Positions 51,540 through 64,000 of a stretch of 64,000 bases of DNA are shown piece after piece (within the stretch, counting starts at the first letter, position 1; each line of letters starts with the position of its first letter). The DNA lies in assembly GCA_963924565.1 (NCBI GenBank), contig OZ004609.1:17918001-17982000 (forward strand). Reading direction: 5' to 3'. The notes beneath the pieces are model-generated. The model was given only the letters and a program-made list of their open reading frames with translations, did not search any database and had not been told where the DNA came from. The position numbers were made by a program, and so were the translations under genes. This stretch comes from Ascidiella aspersa. Taxonomy: Eukaryota.

Positions 51540-54500
51540 TTCAAATGAATTTGTTTTTTCTTTTTTTATTGATCGAGCTTGACCGGTTAGGGCCACACAC
51601 AAAATCAACATTTTACAAAAATATTTACAAAATTTATTTGCATGCATGTGTTATACTTTTTTGTGTATGTGTGCCGTGTACAGAATTTACAGACTGTAAA
51701 CATGGACTTGGCAGTATGACACATCTTGTTTCGTCGTTAAAGTTCGTAATTTCGTAACAAAAGTTTTGCGTCCTCATAATTTTAGTATTGATTACAGTAA
51801 GATTGACATTTGATACATTTTTACGTCTCTTAGTTTAGGATGCTACCTATTAATTTCCTTCAGGTTTTTTATCCAAAGTATTTCTTCTTGCTTTTAAAAA
51901 AACGCCTCAATTGCGGAAAAACTCCGTTGCTTTGTTTTATGTCTAATTTGTTGCCAATCTGTCACGTTCTTTTAAAACCACATCGCCACAAATTGTTCAA
52001 GCTTTATATGTCATTGTTCATTTTCAATGAAAATCTTTGGTTTCCAAGGTGTTTTATCTTGTCCATTTGCGTTAGCTTAATGTAATGGTGAGTTGTTATC
52101 GCATTGTTGATTTCTTAAAACCCTATCGCATTCAGCATAATCTACAAGGAAATCTTGGTGCAACGTCATATTGCAATTACGTAACAAAGATGCTTTACAA
52201 ATGTTCACTTTTGCAAAATAAACCGTAATGTTTCATCTTTAAGCAATAGCCCTTACAAGTACGTTTTGATGGCACCTTTTTAGAATACCGGCTACTATAG
52301 TAGATTATAAACATGGCAAATCGTTCAACAGTTAATGACAGTAAGTGTTTGTTGTGTTTTGTGAAGTCCAATCATTGCGTCACCTTATTCGTTGCATGGG
52401 CGTCGATCACAATAATATCTATCTCTACTTATGTCTGTTAGCTTGTCCAAATAAAAAATGTAAATAGCTGTTTCGCCCTTTTCGTAATTACGACGAACAA
52501 CATATTTGTATTTTGATGCATAGATCCTTTTAGCAAGTGTTAAAACAAAGAACAAAAAGTGGTCAACGCTTATAACAGTCAGCTTCATGTTTTAAACGAT
52601 TAGAAATGCCTTAATGGTAATGTTGCTTTAATTAGGTTTAAAAATTAGGTTTTAATCAGGAATTTTACAAAAAAAAAATGTTATGGGCGACGTTCGTGTC
52701 GGGATAATTTGGTTATATGTTTGAAATAGGACATAGGAGTTGCTGCAGTCGTCAAACGCAAAGTAAACACGACGTCTATCTCAATATTGCGATGTAAACA
52801 TCCTAAGTAACATTCTTTGGTCACAGAAGGGGGCCCAACCCCGTCTTTGCGACATGCCCCGTGACTGCCTAGCCCCAGCTAAGCGGGGTGTCCACTCGAC
52901 GACCCTTGAAGCTTCCTATTCAAGGCTCGGGAATGGCAGAGGCTTTAGGTGTGTCCGCTGTTATTGTTGTATAGTTAAACATGAGATGGGAATTCCCTCG
53001 AACATTTACAATGCACTGCTTGGTGCTTTTGTTACGATTACGACGCGCCACGAATGTTGATTGCTGTGTCGGTGCAGTCGTTGACATATTTTGGAAATGA
53101 ATTGAAATAACGAGCCATGTTGTTACGGTTAAAATTTAATATAATAATTTCGATTTCCTAACATTTTTTTTTATTTTGAGATTACTTAAACGTGTTTTAA
53201 ACAAATTTTGTTTATTTGTTTACTAAAATCTTCGCCAATGTTTAGTTTGTAATCCGTGAAAAACGTAACAACTGCGCTACACGCCTACACGCACGTCGCA
53301 CGCCCATCATTCCTGCATTGTAGTGTCATATCGGTGTTGGATAAACCCGAACTACTCGCATTATGGTCGACCCGAATAGTTTAGGAGCCTACAGGAATAA
53401 AGCGAGGTGCGAGGTGATATTACAGGAAAAACATGGAAAATTTATATAATTTACAATCAACAAATTTGTGTTACCTTTAATACGCCCTCTCTACAAACCC
53501 GAATTTCAAGAAAAAGTGTATTTTTTAGGGGTTAAGATGCATTTATAGTTTAGGGTATATTTTAAAAACCGTCATCGTCTGATGTCAGGGAGAGTATTTT
53601 TAAATTAAATTACCCAGATTTGCATTTTATTGTGATTCATACCCTTACCCAGAAATGTATGTCATAATCAGTTTATGTTCGTCGGCCGGTAGAATCATTG
53701 ATACTAATATCATTTGGACAACGGCATCTATATATCTGCTGGTAAGTATGACAAAAGATCATTTTAACCCGGCTTAAAACCATCTAATGTCATATTGCCT
53801 GTCTTTAAGCTATGTCATCTAAACCAATTACACGTATAACTGCGTAGGTCATTTTGGGTGAGTAATTTTGGCGTCACCTGGGATATAAGGTTTCAGTGTC
53901 GAACTCAAATAGCGGAAGTGCTTAGTTCACAACCAAGTGCGAAACTACCTTTGGATTTGGTTGCAAGAACATCTGTTAGCATTCTTTGAAAAAAATAGTC
54001 ACTGATTCAATTGCATTACGAGTTGCTTGTTTATACATTATCTCGCAGTTGGACATATTTTCAAGGTTGTTTCTATTAGAACGTAAACAAGCTAAACTTC
54101 AAACTTATTCGTTTTTGCAGATTTAAAAATGTGCACCCCCCCGCATTTTATACCAAAAGTAGGCGTAAAACCCCTGGTTTATGGCAAATTAGATGATTAA
54201 AATACTTGCTCTCCCAGATAAGTAGATGTTAAAAAAGCTGGTCTAGAACCCTATTAATGACGTTAAACCCTATGAATGTGACACAAAGTTACGTACCGCC
54301 TTAAATATTTGTTATTTCTCCGCTATACTATGTGTTTCGCTAGGATGCTTTTGAATCGCGTGATTTACCAATTTTTTGTACTCGTAATGTTGATGAATAT
54401 GTATGCGATTGCGATTATTACTTCTTTAAAAGTTGTGGCGTACTTGGTATTTTTAATCCGTGAGATTTCGTGAATTACTATTAAATTAAGTATATTGTAG

Positions 54501-57500
54501 GTTAGATAAAAAATTCGGAAAAGCTTGACATGCATAAGGCACGGCATCCCTAAAATCCTAAGGGCTTTTTTTAAGAATGCATACAAACATGACATTTTCA
54601 AGGCCACTGAAAAACGCATCGGTGTATAGCTTGCAATCAACTTGCCGTGCATACTATTGGCAGTTCTTACCGAGCAACAACTCTGCTAAAAAGACGAACG
54701 GCAATCCTAACTGGTGTATTTTTATTGCCTTCGAAACGATTTTTGTAAAAAAACATGTAGATTCACACTAACAACGAGCAACTTACAATCCTAGTATATG
54801 GCCGAAATGAAACTTCCTGGAGACGTCGAATGTGTACAAATGTATCGGTTCGCCACCATGGGTTCATTGTGTAACGTATTGTACAAAACCGTGTCCCTCT
54901 AGAACTTTCATGTTTCTCACGCTTTCACAACGAGACCAATTTGGAGAGACTGAATATAAAAAGAGCTAATCTGTATGAAAGATGGCCTTTTCAAAACTTG
55001 AGGAAGCATAAATTTTCCCAAAATTTCTTCAATCCATTTAAAGATTCTGTCATACAGTTACTGATACAACTTAGTATTATTGTCTATTCACTCAGTTTCT
55101 ACGTAAGTCCCAATGAAAATGGGAAGCTCTGTGTTGGCCGCCATTGCGACATCACAATTCCGTGTTGAACGTGTTGAACGCGTTGGCATGTTTAATCATC
55201 CTACGTTACGACCCAATCTCCAGTTACTGTTGACGGTTGCAACAAAGCAGACAATAGCAAACATGCGAAACTAGAAATTTAGCGGATGCTAAAAACGAAA
55301 GCCTATCCCACTTGTTTTTGTGATAGATTGTTTTGTTTTACAAAGGTGTCCGTCTGGTAAAAGAAAGACCTTTGGGCTTGTCTAGTTTGCTTCGGTCTCC
55401 TGTATAGCTTTTTTCTCTCTAGCGTTTCGTGACTTTATTTATTTGCCCTAAATGTGCAGAGTATATTATTTTGGTTTTTTGACATAGTACTTTTAACAAC
55501 CAAGTTTTTATTTTGCTTTTGAAGAAGACTATTGTCAGCCAGTTATAATGTTCTTTATTTAATCGACAGGGATTTGTGGATTACGTTTGTTTTGGTTTGT
55601 TAATATTATACCTAGAAAACACACTAAAATATTTTGCCGTTTTTTTGTGTAAAATTTTGCTATAAAATGTTGTTAATTTATTATAGTAGAGGCAGTCCTA
55701 AAAAAAGGATACATTTCCAGTCCTAGCAAATCAGGATTTAGATTTTTTATCCAAACTAAGTATATTGTTTTCCGAAGATAAAAGCTGATAACATTTATTT
55801 GCAACTAAACTTATATTACGTTTGCTGCTAATCAGCAAATAAAAGTAATTTAAAGTAAAACATAGAACTCTAAGTTACGAAAATAAACCTCGGGTAAGTT
55901 AGTAAAGTTAAATTCATTAGAAGAGATCTAACTGAAGGTTCGCCTCGAAGTAAAACGGTTTTGGAATGGTATTGCTAAGCATGATCCTGATTGTAATATA
56001 TCTTTTTTCAGTTTAAGCCCTAATTGTTGTCTGCTGAAAGACAAAGTTTTTATTTAAGAGCGTTATTAATACGTACGTGGTAATTTAAGTACCTATATTA
56101 AATTATAATGTCCTAACGTTTATCAAAATTAATTATAAACGCCTACAATAACACTTCTATTTCTCTTAACTGACCAAAGTCGTAACCATTTCAAGAACAA
56201 GTGTCTCAAACGGGCCTACTATGGCTTGGAGCGTGGTTGGAATCAACTTTTAAAAACAATCCATATCCGATTTCAGAGGTTATGCTTTGCTGTTATTGGT
56301 AGTGGACCACCTAAGTTGTGTTTTTTACTGGATGCCCACGTTTTAGTACGGCATTCCAGCAAATACTTTTCGCCTCGTGTAGACATCGTGTTAACGCGGT
56401 TGCCTTTCGCCGTCGGCGCCACCACAAGGGTCCACGAGAGTACTGCCACCAGCGTTGAAACAATGGGCAATAATTCCGAGTGCCCTTACCGCATAAAAGG
56501 ATAAGTCGGTTAAGCTCCATAGACCCCATTGGCTGTCGCTCACGATAAACACATACCACGGGTCCGAATGTTTACAACTGATCATGGTCCTTAGAAACCT
56601 AAGAGGAGGGGCGGCACAGCGCCCCTACGAGCGTCATCAGTGCGTCAAAGGGACATGAGCAGGTTGCAACAATGCATGGGAACTGAACGGCAATGGGGGA
56701 AATGCTACGTCGTGCATTCAAAGAACCATAACTTTCGCAGTCATTATCCTGCGCTTATCTTAATGTTTTGTGTAAAATTAGAAAAAAGTAAATATGCTTA
56801 ATTCACCTCCCAACTGATAAATGTTGTCGTCAAAGCAAATGTTTTTTTTTTGTTTTTTTTAACTAACCATGTCATAGATGTTATAAAACCATCTAATGGG
56901 CTCGCTTGTAAGAATTAATTGTTGTCATACAATGTACTATACCTTGAAGATAATTCCAACTTTTTGGGCCACTAAGATTTGTAAGGATCATATATATGGC
57001 TTGTTATATTTGTTAACCAATTTTTTAAAAAGAGCACTTGCGACAACGTATTTCTAGCTATGGTTACAAATGCCTCAATATCGGCTGCGCGTAGACGGTC
57101 CGATTGAGAAGCCTATATGCAGCGTCGCATTGTTCGAGATTTGTATGTAGTATCGGTGTAGTTATTCCTGAACCCTTTTTTGTTATCCTGGCTTGTAAAT
57201 ATTTTTTTTACGTTTTTAATTTTTTTGCAATTTTTTTTGCTATGTGTCGTGTTACTGATTTTAAATCCAACTGATATGCCTTGACGTAGTATGGCGGTTT
57301 TGAAGTGCATCTAGGAAAAAAATGTCAAGTTACAATGTGTGTTTTCGTCCAAAGTGCACTTTAGGTTGTCATAATTAAAAGAAACGAGAAAACTGAACGC
57401 CTCTATAATACCGATAGAGAAAGGGATTTCAATTAGGTGACTACTGTGTAGGCCTACGACTACTAAAGAAAGAAAGATTAGGTGAGTTGTGTTGAACGTA

Positions 57501-58623
57501 TCATTTCAAAACGTAGTAAGCAACTCGCTGCATCACGGGGTGCAAACCAGATACAGGAAAAAAGGCGAACGAAATACCAGATGGTGGTACATCGGGCGCG
57601 CGTTGTACCTGTATATTGCCCCAATGTAGTCGTGTATGAGGGAAAGGGCTGTTTACCGAAGGGCTTGCGCAAGATCTAATCAGAAGGCGGCGAACGTTAT
57701 CTTAATTTATCTCAGGATTTTTCTCCCGTCGTTCTGTTGCAGATTGACTTAGTGTGAGGAAAGTAGAATACCGGATTTCGTTGATGAAGAGGGATTTTGT
57801 TTCTCCGGGGTTTCTAACGTGAGACATAAATGTATAACAGCCGAGTTGTTTGATGATATGCTTTTGTGCCATGTGTTACTTTAAGAAATATTAAATATTC
57901 TACGGTGGTTATTTAATGTTAGGAAATCGTTCTGTCTACCTGAAAATGTATATATACTGTTAATTAACTGCTGTAGGACTACGTTTTAAAATAGATGTGT
58001 ATGAACAACTTTGGAAAAGTATAGGTCATGAAAAAATTATGTTGGTTGAACACAAGAAGTAAAAACGGGAAGTTGTTTTTACATGTAATACGTTGCTATA
58101 GTCACTTATATAAATAACGATTTTACAGTTAAGGTTAGACAAGTGAATAATTTCGCGATGAAATATTCTTGAGACTTGGTGTTCCTCAGAATTTAAAAAA
58201 TTCATTATTTCACGAAGGCGTGTCAAGTAGTCGCAGGCTGTAGCAAAAGTTGCAAGTTGTGTAAGGTCAAATACAAGTGCTCTATAATGCGCCTGCAGCC
58301 GTTAGGCAAAACAACCTCACACGTCGTTTTGGTGCAGTTCGACATGCTAACTTTTCTACAATTTAAACTTTGCACTTGTGTCTTTACTTTCACATTTAAT
58401 TTCAACCGAACAAATGCGAGTCTTTAAGAATACGAAAAGCTTTTGCCCTTAAAATGCACAATATATAAGTTCTCACTTTCTATTTATACGGATTTGTTCA
58501 GGTGACACCGACTTGGGGCTATGCCCTGTATAGCGAAGTGACGTTTGTTTAATTTAATAAATCAAAAACAATTACAAGCAAATTATTGAATATTTTCGAA
58601 ATAAACATAAGTTGTGTTTAACG

Positions 58624-61600
58624 ATGGAAAATCGTCGAATGGTCGGATTTCTCGTTTTTGCCTATTTTGCTGCCATCACCGCAACGACAACGGCCAGTAC
58701 TCACAAGCCGACTAAATTAGTGATGTCACCAAAAATGACGTCATCTACTGAGAAGCGATGGCGCTGCCCGCGAAAGTGTTCTTGCAATTCGACGACACGG
58801 GAGGTGCGCTGTGTTTACCAGAAGTTGGATCGCGTTCCATTTGGTAAGACATACTTAACGTAAAAGTTTTGCACTATCTACGCCAAACACTAAGAGGAAA
58901 CATGAAAATATTTAAGATGTTATCTTACGCATAACTTTCCTACATTAGTGAAACTAACTCAAATTGCCTGCATTTTCGGGATACCTGTGCTTTGTATTGT
59001 TTTTATTTTACGACCAATTATATTTTTTGCAATGTATAGGGCAAATGCTTTCCTTTCGCATTTTCCAACATTGTTTCGTTCACCATTTTATGTAGATATT
59101 GTAACTTGTTCGTCGGAAAAATGACGAACTTAGAGTGACGCAGGTAGCGATCTTGGTAATCTTGTGGTGCATCATCGGAAGTGGGGCGTTAGGCAACGTG
59201 TAATTTTTTCGGATGGGGCGTATTGGGTTAAAACTTTAAAACATCACTTTTAGGTGTCAATTTGGTTAAAAAAATAACTTTGCCAGTAGCGCGGTGTGAG
59301 TTGAAATATGACACAAAAAGCTTGGCTAAAGCCTTTTGTAAGCGACCCTACACAGATATTTTTTATTTTGTTAAAGCGAAAGGTAAAATAAATTATCACA
59401 GTAATTTACCAAACCACAGGTCCATCGTTTTTTATGTGCTTTTATTATCTTTTATATTTTGGTGAAAAGTATCGCTAAATACCAATAAAAAGTTGTAACC
59501 TTTTGATAAAGTATAACCTACGCTTTGATCAAGCAATATAGGCGACCCAGCATTTTTGTTGGAAACGAGGGCGAAATAGTTCCCCTTATACTAAAGTGAC
59601 TCTCCGTGCGGTACTTGGCATTTCAAAAGCAATATCAAAAGCGCCGAGTGGCTCTCCATTCGATGGCTTAAAATATTTTCTTTGACACAATACACACCAA
59701 TATCCAACGTAAGCTATCTCATTGAACCAAACATTGTATATATTAAGTCTATCGAACTGTTTAAAATCGTACTATATAGGATTCGTCAGACATACATGAA
59801 GGAAGGAACCAACCAAGTAAGACGCATAACTTCGCGCATGTTTAAGAAATGTCAATTTTAGTTTCCAGCGGGAAACGAAAAACTGTGTTTGGTAGGACAA
59901 CCGTTGATCACTGACAAGTGACAGTCGGTAATGGACTATGATGAGATAATGAAAATTATTGTACTTTTGAAAGTAGTATGCATCGAGAACGACAACGTAA
60001 AAATTCTTACGAAAGCATTGACTTTCACATGTTTGTTATCCATTCAAATTATTGATAAAAAAATAGATCAAGTTGCCTTAATTCCTACGCAAAATAACAA
60101 ATATTACATTAAGTATTTGTAATTTAATTTGCGAAGTGTTATGAGTCTACATTAGGTAAAGCGTTTCGGAGTCGAACATTTTCGCACATTGCACGTTATC
60201 TATAGCAATTAACCAAATAACCTCATTGTCCCTTAACCCTTTCTGCGTTGCATTCTCACGCAATAAAGTTGGGGCTCGTGTTTGTTCCTTGAAAGTGTGA
60301 GAATGTGAGTGGACACATCGGGAAAACGTCACGTTATCGCGTGCTGACCGCCGTAGAACTCGATGGACACTTACCGGTCAAATCGGTCAGCCCCAAGGTG
60401 TGTCGTCATGGTATGTTCAAACGGGGTATTGCGTCGTATGTCGCTGCCCCCACCCTCAGCCTTATTTACAACCCCCCGCGTTAAACCGTCCAATGTTGCT
60501 GTTGCTTATAGACTAGCACTTGTGGATGCTCATTGGCATGAGGAATTTCGATGGCTCTCTCCGTTTGTTCGACTGCATATTGAAGGTCATGGATTAAAAT
60601 ATTTAAGGGCTATATAGGTAAACCTGATTTAGTGTAATTCCGATAGTAAGTAAAATAGCTATGCCGTTTTTTTAGCAATCGCTCCAAGCAACCCATAGAC
60701 GATATATGCACTTACACACGACACATTAACATTCGTGCTCTTCCAACTGTTTTGACAGCGAAGAGCACCCTGGCAATATGGCAAAAATGGAAGCTAGGTA
60801 ACCACAAAGAGTTGATAGCGTGACGATGCAAACCCGCCATGACAACATCTGTCCGTTTGCTCATTTGCCCATCAGCGCCTTAACGGCGAACCGTGAGCAA
60901 AGCGTACTAAAACGGCACGCTGGAAATTCTTTGAACCCCTTTGTGCCTTAAGCGCTTGCGAGCTTCACCGATGAACTGTAAGCCTGCATTCCGAGAAAAC
61001 GAGAAGGTTATCGGGTTCGTCATCCCGCAATACTGGTCGTTGCGGTTTTGATTGACATCCGGAAAAGCGTCGGAGTTTCTTTGTGCCACTGAGGTCCAGT
61101 TAATGTAAAATTCATACTTATTCAACAATGCGTATTGTTGTTCGTCTACGTCCGGTCTGACATAGCGGTTAGCAAATACAACCCTGCGCACGGGCGATCT
61201 CAATATGCCACTCAGACCCCTTGGCTGAAATCGGGTTACGCGAAAATGAATAAAGCGCCGCTATGAAGCGATTTAGGAGGCTTAGAACTTGTTTACGAAA
61301 ATTGCCAAACGCCAACTGCAATCCGAGATGCTCAACGTCAATTGACGTCACGCTTGGAAAGCTGTCAATCAACGTTGATCGAAGGCTGCTTAACGTTGAA
61401 TGAAAAGCGATGCACCGGGGACTTGACGTTACCACACTAATTGGCCCGTCTTGTTGAGCAGCATATTTCCAGTTCATAAACATGTTCACAGAGATATTTT
61501 TAATACAAATTTGCACAGGCTTTAGGCTTTTTATTCTTTTACCTCACTACAGTGTAGTTTGATTTATCACCATTCTAGCGATACAATGTTTCGAATAATA

Positions 61601-63602
61601 TACTTTGTTATCACAGATATTCCCAAAGCAACGAAGCACCTTATTCTAAAAGGCAACCATATCATTTATCTACCGAGGCGCCTTAGAAGATTGGTGAACT
61701 TGGAAACGCTTGACCTTAGCTCAAATGAACTGGATTCTATTCCTGATAGGTAAAACATGTAAAACATAGTACTGGCGGTTAACGCTTTTAATTGTAAAGA
61801 CAACGGTATATTTCATTTCGAATTTTTAACTGTATTAAACTGCTATTACCAATACCAAGCAAAGCAAAACTAGTAAAACAAGCAGATTTATTTTAGGAAA
61901 AGTAACCAATTTGCCATCGTTAATTCTCGGAAAATATGTATCGCGTTATAATACAAGTTTTGGTATTTTTGTTTGATGACGTTGCAGATCAAAAGCGTTT
62001 ATATGACATGGTGACAAGTCAGAACCTAGTTATGTGGGTAATGCTAAACTCTTTTTAAAAAGACTTTGTCTTTTTCGACTCAGATATTTTACGAAGATGA
62101 GGGAACTGCGGAAACTCGATGTTTCATCAAACCTGCTCGAGTACTTGCCGCGATCGTTACGTAAACTCACCAAGCTCAAGATTCTACTGGCACGAAACAA
62201 CAAGCTCGGAAAGCTCCAAATTGACTCATTTCAAGGTCTCACTCAAGTCAAGGAGGTCAATAAATTAAAACAATCTCTTTAAAATGTTTTAAACACAGTA
62301 ATATCTATCTTGAAGTTACTTTTTTATCGGGTGCAGTTTTTTACGCATGAAAACCTTAATGATGTGAAATTACTTTTTATGTGAAAATAGCTTTTGAATT
62401 GGGATAAATTAAAATATTTATGTGATATAAGTTAAAAGCAGAGCATAGTGTATAATTATGAAAAACTTTTTCTCTAATGAGAAAGAATCCTTATATTTTT
62501 TGTTTCCACAGCTCGACTTAAGCGACAACCTTCTGCAAACTCTTGAGCTGGCTATGTTCTCAGATCTTGGCAATCTGGAAGAAATTTACCTACAGGAAAA
62601 TCTTCTTCACTGCGACTGCGAACTAAAAAACCTGGAAATGTACTTTCATCAAAATAATATTAAATCCGGGTAAGAGCAAGCATAATAGGTTGTTGAACCT
62701 TAGCAGTTACTTTTCCTTTTACGATTGTGGTTCAACATTTGGATTTAAATAGGCTATACCGTACCTATATAGTTTGTATTTTTCATAATCGTGTGTATTT
62801 CGGGAAGAGTTAAGTGCCAAAAGAAGTAAAATACTGATATTGTAGACTGTTAGGGCTATTCGCAATGAACCAAGGACAATTAAATCATTAATATTATGGT
62901 TCAAATCATTTAGTATCGGTGATTTTTATAATGCGTTGCCGCAAGAATATTCAAGTTTGGTAAAAAAACCATGGTTGCTATAATTCCCTTTGGTACTACA
63001 TATTTGTGTTCGTCAGGATTTTCATCCTTAAAACTTCGATTTAAATTAAAGGATGACATGCGTGTTGCTTAAAATAGATTCACGAAAACAAAATAATTTA
63101 AAATATATTTCTTAACAGATACATTGTTTGTGATTCACCATCGGACATAACTGGAAAACATTTAGCTAAGCTTTACACCAAAGACCTTTGTCCCCCGAAG
63201 CACAGCGTGCTTGTGTCTATCCTACTGGGAGAGTTTTTCGGCCTTATGGCGATTCTTTTTGCCATTTACATGTGTCGCCGTCGAAGCGCGGCTGAGCTTG
63301 AGATGCGTCGTAATTTTTGGCCAGAAAAAGAGCTTTCTAACCCCTCCAAATTGCCAAAAAACTTCTCTGAATCTAGCGTATTCGGTAACGACGTGGCCGA
63401 TTCGAAATCGAGTGGCGGTATAGTAGTTTCTGGAAACCAAATAATCAGCGAAAACGTGCCTTTAACCTGCCACCTTGCGGATGACGAAAAGGGCTCTGTC
63501 GTCACGTTGGTGCCGTGCATTCAAACGAACGCACCCGACAAAATCGAGTATGAAAGAGAAGACACGTTAGTGGACGTGCTGGACTCCTACTGCGACAAAT
63601 AA
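58624..63602 (+). CDS. Single-pass type I leucine-rich repeat membrane protein (LRRNT, 6 LRRs, LRRCT, TM, cytoplasmic tail), 388 aa
   Basis: Exons 58624-58843, 61617-61749, 62084-62255, 62512-62669 and 63119-63602 (1167 nt, phase-consistent). Signal peptide; LRRNT CPRKCSCNSTTREVRC; LxxLxLxxN repeats; LRRCT NLLHCDC...VCDSP...LC; TM VLVSILLGEFFGLMAILFAIYMC followed by RRR. Confidence 0.92.
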
Positions 63603-64000
63603 CTTTCCGCCTGTACTTAAAGTGACAACGCTCTGTGCGTAAACGTGAATTTCGTTAGGATTATCACGTGACCTTATAGTTGCCAAAATGCCGAGGTGGT
63701 TTGAGAGGATTTTTTCACTGTAGCCTTCGTGTTTCTGTGTTTCGACAAAGTGTTACCACTTAACTTATTGTTTGTTTTTGCAGCAATGCAACTTATTAAT
63801 GTTGTTAAGCATATATTACCGAAGAAAGGCGCCTTAAAGAAACGCTTATATTTAAATTAAATCATTCGGATTGTTTTTTATTTGCTACGGAAAAATTGCA
63901 GGTTGTTTCGTGATAACAGAATCAACATACACCTTTGAGTGTTTAATATTTGTTTTCATGCAAAATTGCTTTATTTTCGTTATAAGTAGATTTTAAAGTC

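Noticed and set aside
56273-56470. Minus ORF with hydrophobic N-terminus
   Set aside because: Starts at TTG rather than ATG and has no splice or promoter support.
60735-60768. Hairpin GTGCTCTTC...GAAGAGCAC as a possible microRNA
   Set aside because: Stem of about 13 bp is too short for a pre-miRNA and does not extend.
1-64000. CRISPR arrays, rRNA, intact tRNA genes or prokaryotic operons
   Set aside because: None seen; the sequence is spliced eukaryotic DNA and its repeats are transposon-derived, without repeat-spacer periodicity.

Overview
AT-rich, intron-rich eukaryotic (animal) genomic DNA. Compact GT-AG introns, dense small hAT-type MITEs and the gene content suggest an invertebrate deuterostome such as an ascidian; this is inference. 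All gene models were spliced and translated by hand. Contents in order: (1) last three coding exons of a CANT1 apyrase (+, 1733-4252); (2) a 5'-truncated CR1/L2-type LINE with a triplicated 3' end (about 5465-7730); (3) a 29-exon, about 1622-aa secreted gene (+, 11189-51539) that joins a VWA7/hemicentin-like module to a complete inter-alpha-trypsin inhibitor heavy chain (VIT, vWA, GDPH site, C-terminal domain), with the junction inside one exon; (4) nested antisense in its last two introns, a 3-exon gene for a highly cationic six-Cys secreted pro-peptide (43620-44467) and a 151-aa ORF (49715-50170) sharing the motif RC-x7-CNLxVxxCxT...CxxC, which may define an unrecognised peptide family; (5) a 5-exon, 388-aa single-pass LRR protein (+, 58624-63602). 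MITEs, SINE fragments and a foldback element fill the introns.
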